Source of the DNA: a virus
Lineage: Duplodnaviria > Caudoviricetes
Reading direction: 5' to 3' (one strand)
IMG/VR virus record: IMGVR_UViG_3300027804_002812
Coordinates: 128,001 to 192,000 of that record
Length of the DNA: 64,000 bases
The notes under the pieces are model-generated. The model ran no database searches, was not told where the DNA came from, and saw nothing but the letters and a program-made list of their open reading frames with translations. A program made the position numbers and the translations under genes. Positions 1 through 10,500 of the stretch are shown in pieces (within the stretch, counting starts at the first letter, position 1; every line of letters starts with the position of its first letter).

Positions 1-5
1 ATTCG

Positions 6-1892
6 ATGGATCAATTGTTGGGATTTTTGGGACAAACACAAGGGAATGGTAGTGCGACACTAAAATATTTAAGATCCAAAATATTACAAGCGGCGGCACA
101 AATCGAGCCCAAAATGGCGGATATTCTGAAAAAAGAGACGATAAATGCTCTTGGATGTTCAGTTGAACAAACATATAATGGAGTAACCTCAGAAAGTTTA
201 TCTTTACAACCAATCCCATTAAGGCCACAACAAGAAGGTATATACATTCCTGTTAATTCAGTTGATTTTTTTTCAAATCTAAAACAATCTCCTCAAACCG
301 GTTTCGGTAAAATTTATTACGAAAGTGAAGACCCATCTGCGGATTCAACATTTCGTCCTTACGGGGGTGCAATACCATTTCCAATGAATAAGCAATTATT
401 CAACTTAATGACATCAGATAACAAAGATAGGTCATATAGTCAAATAAATGGAAAAAATTATGATGGTAAATCTGGTCAACCTTTGTTTGATTTACAATAT
501 ACAAATACTAATAGTTTCGGAGTCACTGGTGATTACTACCGAGTTTTTTTAATTGACCGTGAGGATGGCCAAGGTAATATCACAAATAATGTTGGTGAAT
601 TTATTTCTGACTATTATAGTACTATTAAAATAGTAGACTCTGTCGATATTGGTGCTCAAATTGTAAATTTAATTTCAGGGGCCATGAACACTAACGCACA
701 AGTTGGTTTTGGAGAATTAAATAATCAAAGTAGATTTAACTTAATTGCATCAAGAATCCTTGGGTTGTGCTTTGATGAAAGAAGAGAAATTGATGTAAGT
801 GGTGTTGCAAAAGTTGGTGAATTAGATGGAGTTGACGATTCTTTTTTTGAACTTAATGAAATTGATTTACGAAATATTGAAGTTGAAATTTCAAATGTTC
901 AAAATGGAATTATGGAATTCGAGGATTGTGATAATATCCAATTACCTGTTGATTCTGAGGTGTTAATTGCTCAATTGATAGAGTTTAGAAATAACTTGAG
1001 TGGGGAAACCGTTGAAAGACAAGCTGAAAATATCGGTGAAATTATTGATACAATATCAGATAATCCTGCTTGGTCTTTAACGGCGCCTTCAAACTTAAAC
1101 GTTAAACTATCAATAGATAAGAATGTAATTAAAAAAATACCGTTGGCCGTTGCTGCTGGAGTGTTAACACCAAAAAATCTTCTTCCACTTTATACTTTAT
1201 TATCTGTGGTAGAATCTGGCGCGACATACACTTATAATCAAGCAGTCACTGAAATCAATCAAACTACTGCACCAATTACTGATTTCGGAAATCAAGCGGC
1301 TAATATTGGAACTCAAGGAAGTAATATTGTTAATAGTGGGGAAGATTTCTTAAAAAAATTCAAGACATTTTCAATCCAAGTTATTTCTCAAATTAATGCG
1401 GAGTTTCTTCAAGTTCTTTATGAAATATTAAAAAAAGATATTATAAATTTAGTATCTATTATAATTACTGATGTTGCGAACTCGGCTAAATTGAAACAAT
1501 ATACCATGATAATTAGATTAGCACAAATTGCGTTAGTTGTGTCTCAGTTGGTAAATGATTATCGAAAATGTAAAAGCCTTTTAGACAATATATTACTTTT
1601 ACTGAATTTAATTGGTCAAACAGCACGTATCACAATACCACAACCGTTATTGGCCTTGGCAGATTTATTACCGGGAACTTCACCTGAAAGAGCGTCAATA
1701 AATGTTATCGAAGGTCTACAAAAGGTAGGGATACCAACAGGAACTTTACCCGATGGTTCACCAAACTTAATGGGATTATACGATTTAATAAGTAAAAGGG
1801 GAAGTGAAAAAGAAGAAGCGGAAAACGGAAAAATTTTAACAACAATAAAACCTCAATCTGGAGGATTTTTGATGGTAGGTAAAAAATTTTAA
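6..1892 (+). CDS. large hypothetical protein, probably virion/tail-associated; may extend beyond the left edge
   Basis: 628-aa ORF with no in-frame stop before the edge; co-oriented upstream of a baseplate-like gene. Confidence 0.6.
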   Translation: MDQLLGFLGQTQGNGSATLKYLRSKILQAAAQIEPKMADILKKETINALGCSVEQTYNGVTSESLSLQPIPLRPQQEGIYIPVNSVDFFSNLKQSPQTGFGKIYYESEDPSADSTFRPYGGAIPFPMNKQLFNLMTSDNKDRSYSQINGKNYDGKSGQPLFDLQYTNTNSFGVTGDYYRVFLIDREDGQGNITNNVGEFISDYYSTIKIVDSVDIGAQIVNLISGAMNTNAQVGFGELNNQSRFNLIASRILGLCFDERREIDVSGVAKVGELDGVDDSFFELNEIDLRNIEVEISNVQNGIMEFEDCDNIQLPVDSEVLIAQLIEFRNNLSGETVERQAENIGEIIDTISDNPAWSLTAPSNLNVKLSIDKNVIKKIPLAVAAGVLTPKNLLPLYTLLSVVESGATYTYNQAVTEINQTTAPITDFGNQAANIGTQGSNIVNSGEDFLKKFKTFSIQVISQINAEFLQVLYEILKKDIINLVSIIITDVANSAKLKQYTMIIRLAQIALVVSQLVNDYRKCKSLLDNILLLLNLIGQTARITIPQPLLALADLLPGTSPERASINVIEGLQKVGIPTGTLPDGSPNLMGLYDLISKRGSEKEEAENGKILTTIKPQSGGFLMVGKKF

Positions 1893-1894
1893 TA

Positions 1895-2107
1895 ATGAAA
1901 GACGAAAAATTTAAGGAAATATTAGATAGTCAACTAAATCTCAAAGATTTACCAAATACAAAGTTGGTGGAATATATGGATTTATTATCATCGGATTTCG
2001 AATCAACAAAAGAATCTATAATAAAAAGCACTCTATACTTAGACAAAGTAGAAGAATTATACGACAGAGTATTAAAAGTTTATCAAGAAAGAAATAATGG
2101 AAAATAA
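1895..2107 (+). CDS. hypothetical protein
   Basis: 70-aa ORF packed tightly between neighbours. Confidence 0.7.
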   Translation: MKDEKFKEILDSQLNLKDLPNTKLVEYMDLLSSDFESTKESIIKSTLYLDKVEELYDRVLKVYQERNNGK

Positions 2108-3632
2108 CTCAATATTTTTTCAGTGTAGGGTATTAAATACTGAAGACCCAATGATGTTGGGTAGAATCAGAGGTGTTAGACTTATCGACAATTATGACGA
2201 TATCTTGAAAAGTATTAGTGACCCTCCGTGGAATGAAGAAAAAGATATATGGACATCAAGAGACCCATTTGTATTCAACGCGCTACTTCCCTATTTCGTA
2301 TATTCTGTACCTAAAGTAGACGAATTAGTTCAGGTTATTTACGTAAACAAAGATTTCCAATATCAAAATCAGTACTACGTTCAAAACACTTTTTCAAGCC
2401 CAACTGCAACGTTCAAAGAATTTTATTTCGGTGGAAATAAATTCACGGGTACGGGTATGCAAATTAAGAATCCGAAACCACTCAAAAATCAAGATGGAAC
2501 GTTTACGGACCAATCGGTTCACAAGGGAGTATTCCCACAGCCAGGAGATAATGCTCTTTTAGGTAGAGGTAGTGCTGACGTTGTTGTAAAACAAGACGAA
2601 GTATTAATAAGAGCAGGTAAATTCAAAGGAGAACAACTACAACCTAACGTCATACCTGTTGCTAATCAACAAAGAGGGTTTTTACAACTATCAAAGTTCC
2701 AAAGTACATTACAGAATTTAGAACCTAAAACGTATTTTGAACTTCAAGAAGATGTTTTACTTACAAAATATTTAATCGAATGGACTTTGGTTAATCCTGA
2801 AAACGCTCACGATAAATTTACAGGAGCCGTCTATTTGTACCAATTAAAACCTGACGTTACTATAAATTCCAAAAATATAACAGTAGATAGTGAAATCTCA
2901 GAAAATCTTAAGAAATTAGTTGCGACTGAATCATTTACGATGTTATCAAAAACACAAACTATTGAATTTATAAATAACTTCATTAATACCTGTAATCAAA
3001 GTAATGTAACCAAAAGTGGTGTAAAATTATTTACTGATAACAACGATTCAAGTAAATTTCCAATTTTTTATCGACCTAATACAATAATGTATTCAAAGTT
3101 GATCCCATCCACACCTTTAGGGTCAACAGCAACACCAATAGAAGTAAGTAACATCAGTGACATTTATAAGGGAGTAAAATTGAATCCATCACTAAAAGGT
3201 GGATATGGTTTAATTTACGCAAAAGGGAAGGTTGGAAATCCAAGAACACCGGTAAAAAAGGTGGTTAAACAACAAAAATACATTAACCAAGAGTCTTCTT
3301 ATGGGGCTTTAGGTAGCGATGTACTATTTTTAGTTTCACACAATTCACAAGTACCAGGAAAAGGTAAAATCAATTTTGATGACACTTTATATGGTATTAC
3401 TCCTGAAAAATTTGCTAATGAATTTCTTCCAAAAACTTCGAGTATGGTTAGAGGTGAGGAACTTTTGGAATTAATTAACTTGATTGTAAAATTCTTGATA
3501 ACTCATACTCACGCATATCCAGGTCTCCCTCCGATACCCGTAACTCAAGACGGAACAAACGCTCAAACAATTTTAGTCGAGCTCAATAATGCTGTTAACA
3601 AAATTCTAAGCAAAAATATTCGACTTAATTGA
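2097..3632 (+). CDS. putative baseplate hub/spike protein (gp5/VgrG-like)
   Basis: N-terminal OB-fold-like CRVLNTEDPMMLGRIRG; C-terminal THTHAYPG spike-tip-like motif. Confidence 0.55.
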   Translation: MENNSIFFQCRVLNTEDPMMLGRIRGVRLIDNYDDILKSISDPPWNEEKDIWTSRDPFVFNALLPYFVYSVPKVDELVQVIYVNKDFQYQNQYYVQNTFSSPTATFKEFYFGGNKFTGTGMQIKNPKPLKNQDGTFTDQSVHKGVFPQPGDNALLGRGSADVVVKQDEVLIRAGKFKGEQLQPNVIPVANQQRGFLQLSKFQSTLQNLEPKTYFELQEDVLLTKYLIEWTLVNPENAHDKFTGAVYLYQLKPDVTINSKNITVDSEISENLKKLVATESFTMLSKTQTIEFINNFINTCNQSNVTKSGVKLFTDNNDSSKFPIFYRPNTIMYSKLIPSTPLGSTATPIEVSNISDIYKGVKLNPSLKGGYGLIYAKGKVGNPRTPVKKVVKQQKYINQESSYGALGSDVLFLVSHNSQVPGKGKINFDDTLYGITPEKFANEFLPKTSSMVRGEELLELINLIVKFLITHTHAYPGLPPIPVTQDGTNAQTILVELNNAVNKILSKNIRLN

Positions 3633-3653
3633 TATTTATAAGATAAAAGATAA

Positions 3654-5156
3654 ATGTCGATCTTAAGGTCTTATATAAATAAAAACAATACCATCATTTC
3701 AAACTCATATGTTAATACGGGAAGAAACCCTGTAATTGAGTTGAATTTTGGTGCTTCGGATTTAATTGTCCCAAACTTTGGTTACACAAGATTTATCTTC
3801 GATTTAGATTTATCTTTATTAGAAGAAAACATTGCGTCAGGTGTTATATCAACAGGTTGTACTTCTGCAATGACACACACCCTGAAAATGACCAACACAT
3901 CTTCATTTGACAATGAATTATTAAATTCATTTATGTCCAATGAAAGACGAAGAGCAACTTCATTTGACTTAATATTATGGAGAATCCCTAAGTTTTCAGG
4001 AACTACAGGTCAACCTCAATATTGGGATGAAGGTGTCGGTTATGACTACAACGATTTCAATATTGCACAAAATAGTGCGAATGGTGGAATTTCCCCTTTA
4101 ACGTACGTTGACAGTCGAGCATATTCCACACGACCATCTAACTGGTATCAGACGACAACTCTCTCTGGATGGTCTCAAAATGGTATTTACAACAATAAGA
4201 ATGAAGGGTCTGTAAACTATTCAGGTTTGACCATCGTTGCGAGACAACATTTCGAACTCGGAAACGAAGATTTGAATATGGATATGACCGCAGAAATTAA
4301 TGGTATTCTGAATGGTTCAATTACTGGAGTCACAGGTTGGGGTATATCATACCTTCCTCAAATAGAAAATATTACAGGTCTAACAGAAAGTTATAGTGTT
4401 GCTTTCTTTTCAAGACACACTCAAACATTTTATCAGCCATATCTATTAACAAATTACAATGACTTAATTACGGATGATAGAAATCTATTCTTAAAAAATC
4501 AGGAAAATAAGTTATTCTTATATGTTTACCAAAATGGTGATTTTGTGAATCTCGATTCAGACCCTTTTGTAAGAATTGAAGATAGAAATGGAACTGCTGT
4601 GGCGGGTATGGCTTCCTTAACAACTTGCCTAAAAACCAAAGGCGTTTATGAAGTAACCGTTCCAAATGGGTTTTCCAACTATCCAACTCCATGTATTTTT
4701 TATGATGTATGGTCAGGTCTTACAATCAATGGGCAATCTATTCCTAACGTAACAAATCAATTTACCTTACAACCATATACCTCAGGTATCCAAATCGGTT
4801 CAGTATCTAAAGAACCAGAAATATTTGGATTTGATTTCTACGGTATTCTCCAAAATGAAAAGATTCTTAATACAGATATTCGTAAGGTTGGTGTTACAAT
4901 CAAAAAGGCTTACACAGGGCAAGTACTTCTATTGGATGTTTCAGGATTCTACAGAGTTTATGTGATGGAAGGGACAACTGAAGTATTAGTACAAGATTGG
5001 ACTCCATTGAACCGAACACCAAATGAGTATTACTTCATATTCGATATGAGAGATAAAATCCCAAATCAATATTTTGTTGATATTCAAGTGAACACTTCAG
5101 GTGAAAAAGATACTTATAAGAGACAATTAACATTTTCAATCGTAAATACAAAATGA
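3654..5156 (+). CDS. putative virion structural protein
   Basis: 500-aa beta-rich ORF with TATTTATA at 3633-3640 upstream. Confidence 0.6.
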   Translation: MSILRSYINKNNTIISNSYVNTGRNPVIELNFGASDLIVPNFGYTRFIFDLDLSLLEENIASGVISTGCTSAMTHTLKMTNTSSFDNELLNSFMSNERRRATSFDLILWRIPKFSGTTGQPQYWDEGVGYDYNDFNIAQNSANGGISPLTYVDSRAYSTRPSNWYQTTTLSGWSQNGIYNNKNEGSVNYSGLTIVARQHFELGNEDLNMDMTAEINGILNGSITGVTGWGISYLPQIENITGLTESYSVAFFSRHTQTFYQPYLLTNYNDLITDDRNLFLKNQENKLFLYVYQNGDFVNLDSDPFVRIEDRNGTAVAGMASLTTCLKTKGVYEVTVPNGFSNYPTPCIFYDVWSGLTINGQSIPNVTNQFTLQPYTSGIQIGSVSKEPEIFGFDFYGILQNEKILNTDIRKVGVTIKKAYTGQVLLLDVSGFYRVYVMEGTTEVLVQDWTPLNRTPNEYYFIFDMRDKIPNQYFVDIQVNTSGEKDTYKRQLTFSIVNTK

Positions 5157-5620
5157 ATAAAGTAGTAAAATTAACAGAAAAGGATTTATCACATTTAGTC
5201 AAAAGAGTTTTGAGTGAACAACAAGAATCCGAAAATTATATGTTCTTCAGTAATCTAAAACAAATTGCAAGACAATGTCAAATGTTGTTAGAAATGGACG
5301 AAGAGATGATTGACCAAATTCTACAAGATGGACATGATTGGGCTGACGACCACGTTTCAGAAGCAAAGACAAACATGGACCAAGTTTTTGACTTCATAAT
5401 GAATGAGAAGAGAAAAATGGGCCAATATGTCGATTATGAAGAAATGACCGAAGGGAGAAAGAAAACCGGAACCAAACTTTGTGCTAGAGGTTTAGCTGCC
5501 GCTAAGGGAAAGTTTAAGGTTCACCCCTCAGCTTATAGTAACGGCTACGGAGTCCAAGTATGTAAAGGTAAGATGCCGGGTTTAGACGGTAAAAAACATT
5601 GTTCAGGGGCTTATTGTTAA
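5153..5620 (+). CDS. hypothetical protein with LTExDL leader and Cys-rich basic C-terminus
   Basis: MNKVVKLTEKDLSHLVKRVLSEQ leader; C-terminal LCARG...PSAYSNGYGVQVCKG. Confidence 0.7.
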   Translation: MNKVVKLTEKDLSHLVKRVLSEQQESENYMFFSNLKQIARQCQMLLEMDEEMIDQILQDGHDWADDHVSEAKTNMDQVFDFIMNEKRKMGQYVDYEEMTEGRKKTGTKLCARGLAAAKGKFKVHPSAYSNGYGVQVCKGKMPGLDGKKHCSGAYC

Positions 5621-5627
5621 AAATAAA

Positions 5628-5656
5628 AAGAAGAATTTAGGTTCTTCTTTTTTTTT
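5628..5656 (+). terminator. intrinsic terminator
   Basis: aagaagaa/ttcttctt stem followed by a T-run. Confidence 0.7.
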
Positions 5657-5671
5657 ACCCAACAATTTTTA

Positions 5672-5679
5672 TATCTTTG
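5672..5679 (+). promoter_or_regulatory. Bacteroidota sigma-A -7 box
   Basis: TATCTTTG matches TAnnTTTG, 26 nt upstream of the ORF at 5706. Confidence 0.7.
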
Positions 5680-5705
5680 TGTAGTTATTATATCTCACGA
5701 AAGAC

Positions 5706-6101
5706 ATGAAAAAATTCTTCAGAAAATTATGGTTAAAATTTTTAATAAGGATGAATCGAAAAATTCAACCAAAAGTCAATTTTGATGATAATGAAAAAAC
5801 TTCATCATCAATTTGTCGAAAATTAATAAATCATGAGGATTCCAAATTTTTGATTGCTCCTCTTTCTCAAAAAAGATACATCAAGAATGAAACTCTACAA
5901 ATGTTTGTGATAATTCAAGGAGATAGAATAAACATTACAAACCACATTTACAATTATGATATCACAATTTCATTACAAATGGGGGAAAAACTTGGGAGGT
6001 TGTTCGATAACAAAGTGGAAGAAGCAAGAATGAAATTTGAAAAGGAAATGCATAGCCAAGTACAACACTCATTGAAAAAAATTTTAGAAAAACTTATCTA
6101 A
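5706..6101 (+). CDS. hypothetical protein
   Basis: 131-aa ORF behind a -7 box. Confidence 0.7.
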   Translation: MKKFFRKLWLKFLIRMNRKIQPKVNFDDNEKTSSSICRKLINHEDSKFLIAPLSQKRYIKNETLQMFVIIQGDRINITNHIYNYDITISLQMGEKLGRLFDNKVEEARMKFEKEMHSQVQHSLKKILEKLI

Positions 6102-6789
6102 TGTTTTCTTTCAAAATTTTAACAATTAAATCCCTTAATGATTCATTTTGGGATTTTTTTGGTTTATAAGATGTCATAGTTGGTTTATTACCAGTACCAA
6201 CTTTTGGGTCTGATTTTTCTGCTCTTCTTTTCTGTGAACATGCTGATTTCTTTTGAGAGTCAGTCATGTTTGCCGCGACTCCTTTAGCACGACATTTAGG
6301 GTATCCCTTACTATCCGCTTCAGGCCTACCACAAGGGGGATGTCCTCCTCCTTCTTTCTTTCTACAAATATTAACCCATGGTCCTGAAGGTTGTTTTGAA
6401 CCTTTAGGTTTTTTCTTAGTACCAAACCAAACTGCCAAATCTTCTTTTACTATCTTTTCTTTCAAGGGTTCACCACTCATAGTTGGATTTATTGCCGACC
6501 CATCCTCATCATTTTGACCCATATAAGATTTTTTCTTTTGCATGTTAATTTTACTCATTAATTTGGTTCTTTTTTCAATTTTTTCCCTTTCTTCAGGGGA
6601 TTCAGTAAAATCTCCATCCGCCTCTTGATAGGCAAGTTGGGCATTCGTATATTTGTAAACTGGCTCTGTGAAAGGGCCAAGTTGGTCATCTTTCCATGTT
6701 TGTGGCCCGAGTACAAGTGGGCCTGAATAAGATCCGGCTAAACCTGCCCCACTTACCTCTTTGATTATTTTTCTTATAATATCTTTCAC
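6094..6789 (-). CDS. hypothetical protein with basic Cys/His module
   Basis: EDLAVWF...WVNICRKKEGGGHPPCGR...YPKCR motif; TATTTAT upstream. Confidence 0.7.
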   Translation of the reverse strand: MKDIIRKIIKEVSGAGLAGSYSGPLVLGPQTWKDDQLGPFTEPVYKYTNAQLAYQEADGDFTESPEEREKIEKRTKLMSKINMQKKKSYMGQNDEDGSAINPTMSGEPLKEKIVKEDLAVWFGTKKKPKGSKQPSGPWVNICRKKEGGGHPPCGRPEADSKGYPKCRAKGVAANMTDSQKKSACSQKRRAEKSDPKVGTGNKPTMTSYKPKKSQNESLRDLIVKILKENIR

Positions 6790-6818
6790 AATAATAAATA
6801 TACAGTTAAATCAAAATT

Positions 6819-7043
6819 ATGGAACAAAGACAACCTATTGGATTACTATTTGGAAGTGTCGGGTATTACAGTCCTGATGACATAAATTCTATCTGTGATG
6901 ACATGAACTTAGAACAAGCATATTTTATGATAATAAAGGCTTTGGAATATTCTCACAATTCTAATATCTTTACACTTCAAGAATCCGAATTAGTTTCAAA
7001 ATCACTCAGAATATTAAACAATCATTTCACTCAAGAAAAATAA
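6819..7043 (+). CDS. hypothetical protein
   Basis: 74-aa ORF. Confidence 0.65.
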   Translation: MEQRQPIGLLFGSVGYYSPDDINSICDDMNLEQAYFMIIKALEYSHNSNIFTLQESELVSKSLRILNNHFTQEK

Positions 7044-7052
7044 TATAAAAAC

Positions 7053-7469
7053 ATGAAAACATTCAAAATATTTATCCTGTTAATTTTCTTTTCGTTAGGT
7101 CTTAATGCACAAGGAACTGCAATAAAAACTAAAAGATTTTTTTGGGCAGATTCTGAAGTAAATTTTAATCAACAGCTAACTGAATCAGGTAAAGAATTAT
7201 TGAATTCTACCTTAAAAATGTCCAATGTCGATTTAACCGATTGTATTGGAATAACATCTGATGAGGAATTACAATACACAAGTAGTGAATACTTAAGAAA
7301 CCGCAAGTACCAATTCATTACAATGTCTAAATATGATGATATAGTATCGTTTAATATCTACAATAATAAATCAAATGAGATATCGAATGAAAAAAAGAAA
7401 GTAATATTAACATATTCCAAAGATAATAACAACAAAATTGATGTAATTACACTACACGTAATTGAATAA
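7053..7469 (+). CDS. secreted hypothetical protein
   Basis: signal peptide MKTFKIFILLIFFSLGLNAQ. Confidence 0.7.
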   Translation: MKTFKIFILLIFFSLGLNAQGTAIKTKRFFWADSEVNFNQQLTESGKELLNSTLKMSNVDLTDCIGITSDEELQYTSSEYLRNRKYQFITMSKYDDIVSFNIYNNKSNEISNEKKKVILTYSKDNNNKIDVITLHVIE

Positions 7470-7471
7470 TT

Positions 7472-8584
7472 CTATTTTTTTTCTTTGGTTATAGTTGGCA
7501 TTTTGATAATCAAACGTCTGTTTGGGGCAGTTTTATTTACGTCTTTGACTTCAGGGTACTTCATCCCTTTTGCAAATTGGTCAGTTTGTCCAATACCTTT
7601 AGGGATGAAGTTCAATGTAGATATACCTGTTTCAGTTTTCAACCTATTAGCGATTGTACTTGCTCTATTATCAGATAGTTTTTGATTATAGTCTCTTTTC
7701 TGATTTTCATCACCATCAATCGACGCTGATGCAATAACTTCAACATTACCACTTACTCCTTGGTAGTTTGATTTAACTTTCTCGACAAATTTTTTGAATT
7801 CAATTTCAGCATCGGGGGTCAAAGTTGTTTTATCAAATTCAAATGGGCTTTGAATGTCCAATTTAATTTCCTCAAACTCTGGTCTTGTTGATGGTGGAGT
7901 TTCAGGTTTTATTGGTTCCACTTTGTCCCCAGCAAACGCGTATCCTATTCCTAAAACATGTTTTGGGGTATAACTTTTAGCGTATTGTATGACAACACCT
8001 TTCCTATTTTTAAGTTCTTTAAGTATCGGTTTAGACTCCGATCCGTAAGTACCATTCCAAGTCAAAATACTATAAACTGGTGTAGGTTCATCAAAATATC
8101 GTCCTAAATCATCAATAAATACAAACCAACTACCACCCACACCTTTGAAAATCTTTGTGGGGTCATATTGTGCTGGTGTAACTCTATTACAAGGACCCGC
8201 AATTGGACCATTATATTTTTCCTCTGTATCATCAATATATCCAGCAGCGTATTTCATATATAGACCGTATTTCATACCTGTCATCACATCCTCTGGAAAG
8301 TATAACCCTTGTCCCTTTGTGGGATCTATTGTTGCGGTAATTTGACTGGCGAGAGGTAATTTACGTAATTCTCCTTTATTAGTTTGAATGTAATAATCCG
8401 CTCCTTTTTTTATGATTGTGTAACTACATAATCTCCAAGTGTCTTCTCCACTTTCTTGAGCATGCATAAGGTCGGGATCGCCATATTGTTCAGACATTAA
8501 ATAAAAATTCTTTGTTGCTGATTCGTGAAGAGATAAAATTCTATTTCTTTCTTCGTTAGATATTTCCCAAGTTTGCTTAATCAT
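7472..8584 (-). CDS. OmpA-like (peptidoglycan-binding) C-terminal domain protein
   Basis: FEFDKTTL...YNQKLSDNRASTIANRL...GIGQT...NRR; start moved to ATG 8584 because the 8650 start lies in a terminator and TATTTATA lies at 8599-8606. Confidence 0.8.
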   Translation of the reverse strand: MIKQTWEISNEERNRILSLHESATKNFYLMSEQYGDPDLMHAQESGEDTWRLCSYTIIKKGADYYIQTNKGELRKLPLASQITATIDPTKGQGLYFPEDVMTGMKYGLYMKYAAGYIDDTEEKYNGPIAGPCNRVTPAQYDPTKIFKGVGGSWFVFIDDLGRYFDEPTPVYSILTWNGTYGSESKPILKELKNRKGVVIQYAKSYTPKHVLGIGYAFAGDKVEPIKPETPPSTRPEFEEIKLDIQSPFEFDKTTLTPDAEIEFKKFVEKVKSNYQGVSGNVEVIASASIDGDENQKRDYNQKLSDNRASTIANRLKTETGISTLNFIPKGIGQTDQFAKGMKYPEVKDVNKTAPNRRLIIKMPTITKEKK

Positions 8585-8613
8585 AATATACAATTTATTA
8601 TAAATATCAGGAT

Positions 8614-8645
8614 AAAAAAAAAGGGACAATTTCTTGTCCCTTTTT
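8614..8645. terminator. intrinsic terminator after the major capsid gene
   Basis: A-run, gggacaa/ttgtccc stem, T-run. Confidence 0.8.
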
Positions 8646-8663
8646 ACCATATCGAAATTTCGA

Positions 8664-10454
8664 TTATCTCAATTCTCTCAAGTCGAATGTTCTAACTCCA
8701 TCAACTGTGATTCTACCGTAGAATCTGTTATTAACCATTTTCTTAGCGTATCTAGTCATGATACCTTTGATTGGTGTAAAGTTGAATGGATTGTACATTG
8801 TAGGAGTTAATTGTAGAGGTACATACGGTGCGTAGATGTAACCTGTGTCCAATAGAGAAGTTCCTTTGTGACCCATCAATACTTGGTTTGGTGGGAAGTA
8901 AGGGTCTCTATACACTTGGTAACGACCTGCTAATGTACCAACTCTTTCAATACCCATGTTGTACTGGTCCTGCTCAGGAGCCGCGTTTGATACGTGGAAG
9001 TATTCCAAGTCATCAAAGATAGCACTGATTTCAGAAGAAACAACGATCCAGTTAGCTCCACCTCTTAATGTAGATTTGTGGATTTGTGCTGAAATTTGGT
9101 TGATTGCAGTGATAAGAGTTTGGTTCCAATCTTTCTGAGTATAAGGAACTGCACTAGATCCTAATCTCTTCCATCCATTGTAATCCCATCTTAAGTTCCA
9201 AGCTGCTCCTTTTCTAAGGTCTCTCAAGATTTCTCTATCAATTTCAGCCGCAACTTGCTCAGATAACAATGCAGTTAATTCAGCTTCAGCGTCGATGTTG
9301 TGGAATGCCGCAACGTCCTGAGCCATTTCTGGAGACCACTGAGCTCTTAATTTTCTTTCAGTTACAGAAACTGTTACTGACATAAGGTCGAATGAAACTT
9401 CACCAATCTTATCTTCGAATTCCAAGTTCTTATAGATTCTATAAGTAGCTGTGAATGCGTTGTCTGCTGCAGTTGTTGAAGAGAATGTTGAACCTGTGTA
9501 ACCGTCTAATGAACCACCACAAGTAACACATACTGGTACTTGTAAATCAACTTCCAAGTAGATTTTACCTTCAGCGTCACATAAGTTGTCATACTGACCA
9601 CCATCTGTCTTACTGTTAGGGAATACCAACGTAGCGTTGTTGTTACCATACTGTACAATTCCTTTACCATATCTCTGAGTTACAACTCTGAATAAGTAAG
9701 GGTTTGAAGTGTTAGCAGAAGTGTAAACGTTTCCTGCTGCACCATAAACTGTCAAATCAGATAAGAATGCTTCGTTATCCATTGGTTGACCATCAGGACC
9801 GATTAATTTACCTGCTCCGTCAGATGCGAAACCTGACATAACTACTAATACTTTTCTGTAATCAGAAAGAGTATACGCTGAAGGAACCAATTGGTCGGCT
9901 AACCATGCAACAGTTCCAACTTGTGCTGTGATAGCAGAATATTGTCCTTTAGAGTAATCGAACAACCCAGGAGGATCCAAAGCTGGTTCGTTACCTTCGT
10001 AGAATCTATCGTAAAGATCCTTAGTGTTATTATAGTCATAACCACTGTTTGGAGTTTGACCAGCCGCAGCGTTTGGAGAACCATAAGGTGCGTAGTGCTC
10101 AGAAGTACCTGGTTGGTAAGACTGAATGTTAGGTACGAAGTAGAATAATTTACCGATAGGTAAGTTCATAGCTTGTACAGAAACGATATCGTTTGCTAAT
10201 AATTTAGAGAAAACTCTTCTTACGATAGGGAAAACAACTGTTTCAAATGCACCTGTGTCAGATGTAGATGATGCTTCGTTAATTAAGTGAGAAGCTTGGT
10301 TTTCATAAAGTTGAGCTACGTTCTCTCTCATGTGACCTTTAAGACCCTCAAGGAATCCTAATTTGTCCCATTTGTTGATTGTGTCTTCTTTAATAACTTT
10401 AAGGTGCTTAAGACCAATGTTACCAACAAGACCTGATTCTAATAATGCTCCCAT
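8664..10454 (-). CDS. major capsid protein (T4 gp23-like)
   Basis: RKLRAQWSPEMAQDVAAFHNIDAEAELTALLSEQVAAEIDREIL; YAPYVPLQ; KGIMTRYA. Confidence 0.95.
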   Translation of the reverse strand: MGALLESGLVGNIGLKHLKVIKEDTINKWDKLGFLEGLKGHMRENVAQLYENQASHLINEASSTSDTGAFETVVFPIVRRVFSKLLANDIVSVQAMNLPIGKLFYFVPNIQSYQPGTSEHYAPYGSPNAAAGQTPNSGYDYNNTKDLYDRFYEGNEPALDPPGLFDYSKGQYSAITAQVGTVAWLADQLVPSAYTLSDYRKVLVVMSGFASDGAGKLIGPDGQPMDNEAFLSDLTVYGAAGNVYTSANTSNPYLFRVVTQRYGKGIVQYGNNNATLVFPNSKTDGGQYDNLCDAEGKIYLEVDLQVPVCVTCGGSLDGYTGSTFSSTTAADNAFTATYRIYKNLEFEDKIGEVSFDLMSVTVSVTERKLRAQWSPEMAQDVAAFHNIDAEAELTALLSEQVAAEIDREILRDLRKGAAWNLRWDYNGWKRLGSSAVPYTQKDWNQTLITAINQISAQIHKSTLRGGANWIVVSSEISAIFDDLEYFHVSNAAPEQDQYNMGIERVGTLAGRYQVYRDPYFPPNQVLMGHKGTSLLDTGYIYAPYVPLQLTPTMYNPFNFTPIKGIMTRYAKKMVNNRFYGRITVDGVRTFDLRELR

Positions 10455-10500
10455 TTTTAGTATTTTGTTTTGTTTGTTTTATTTGTTTATTTAATTTTGA

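Noticed and set aside
8585-8650. N-terminal extension of the OmpA-like ORF
   Set aside because: Runs through a terminator and the TATTTATA motif; ATG 8584 is the likelier start
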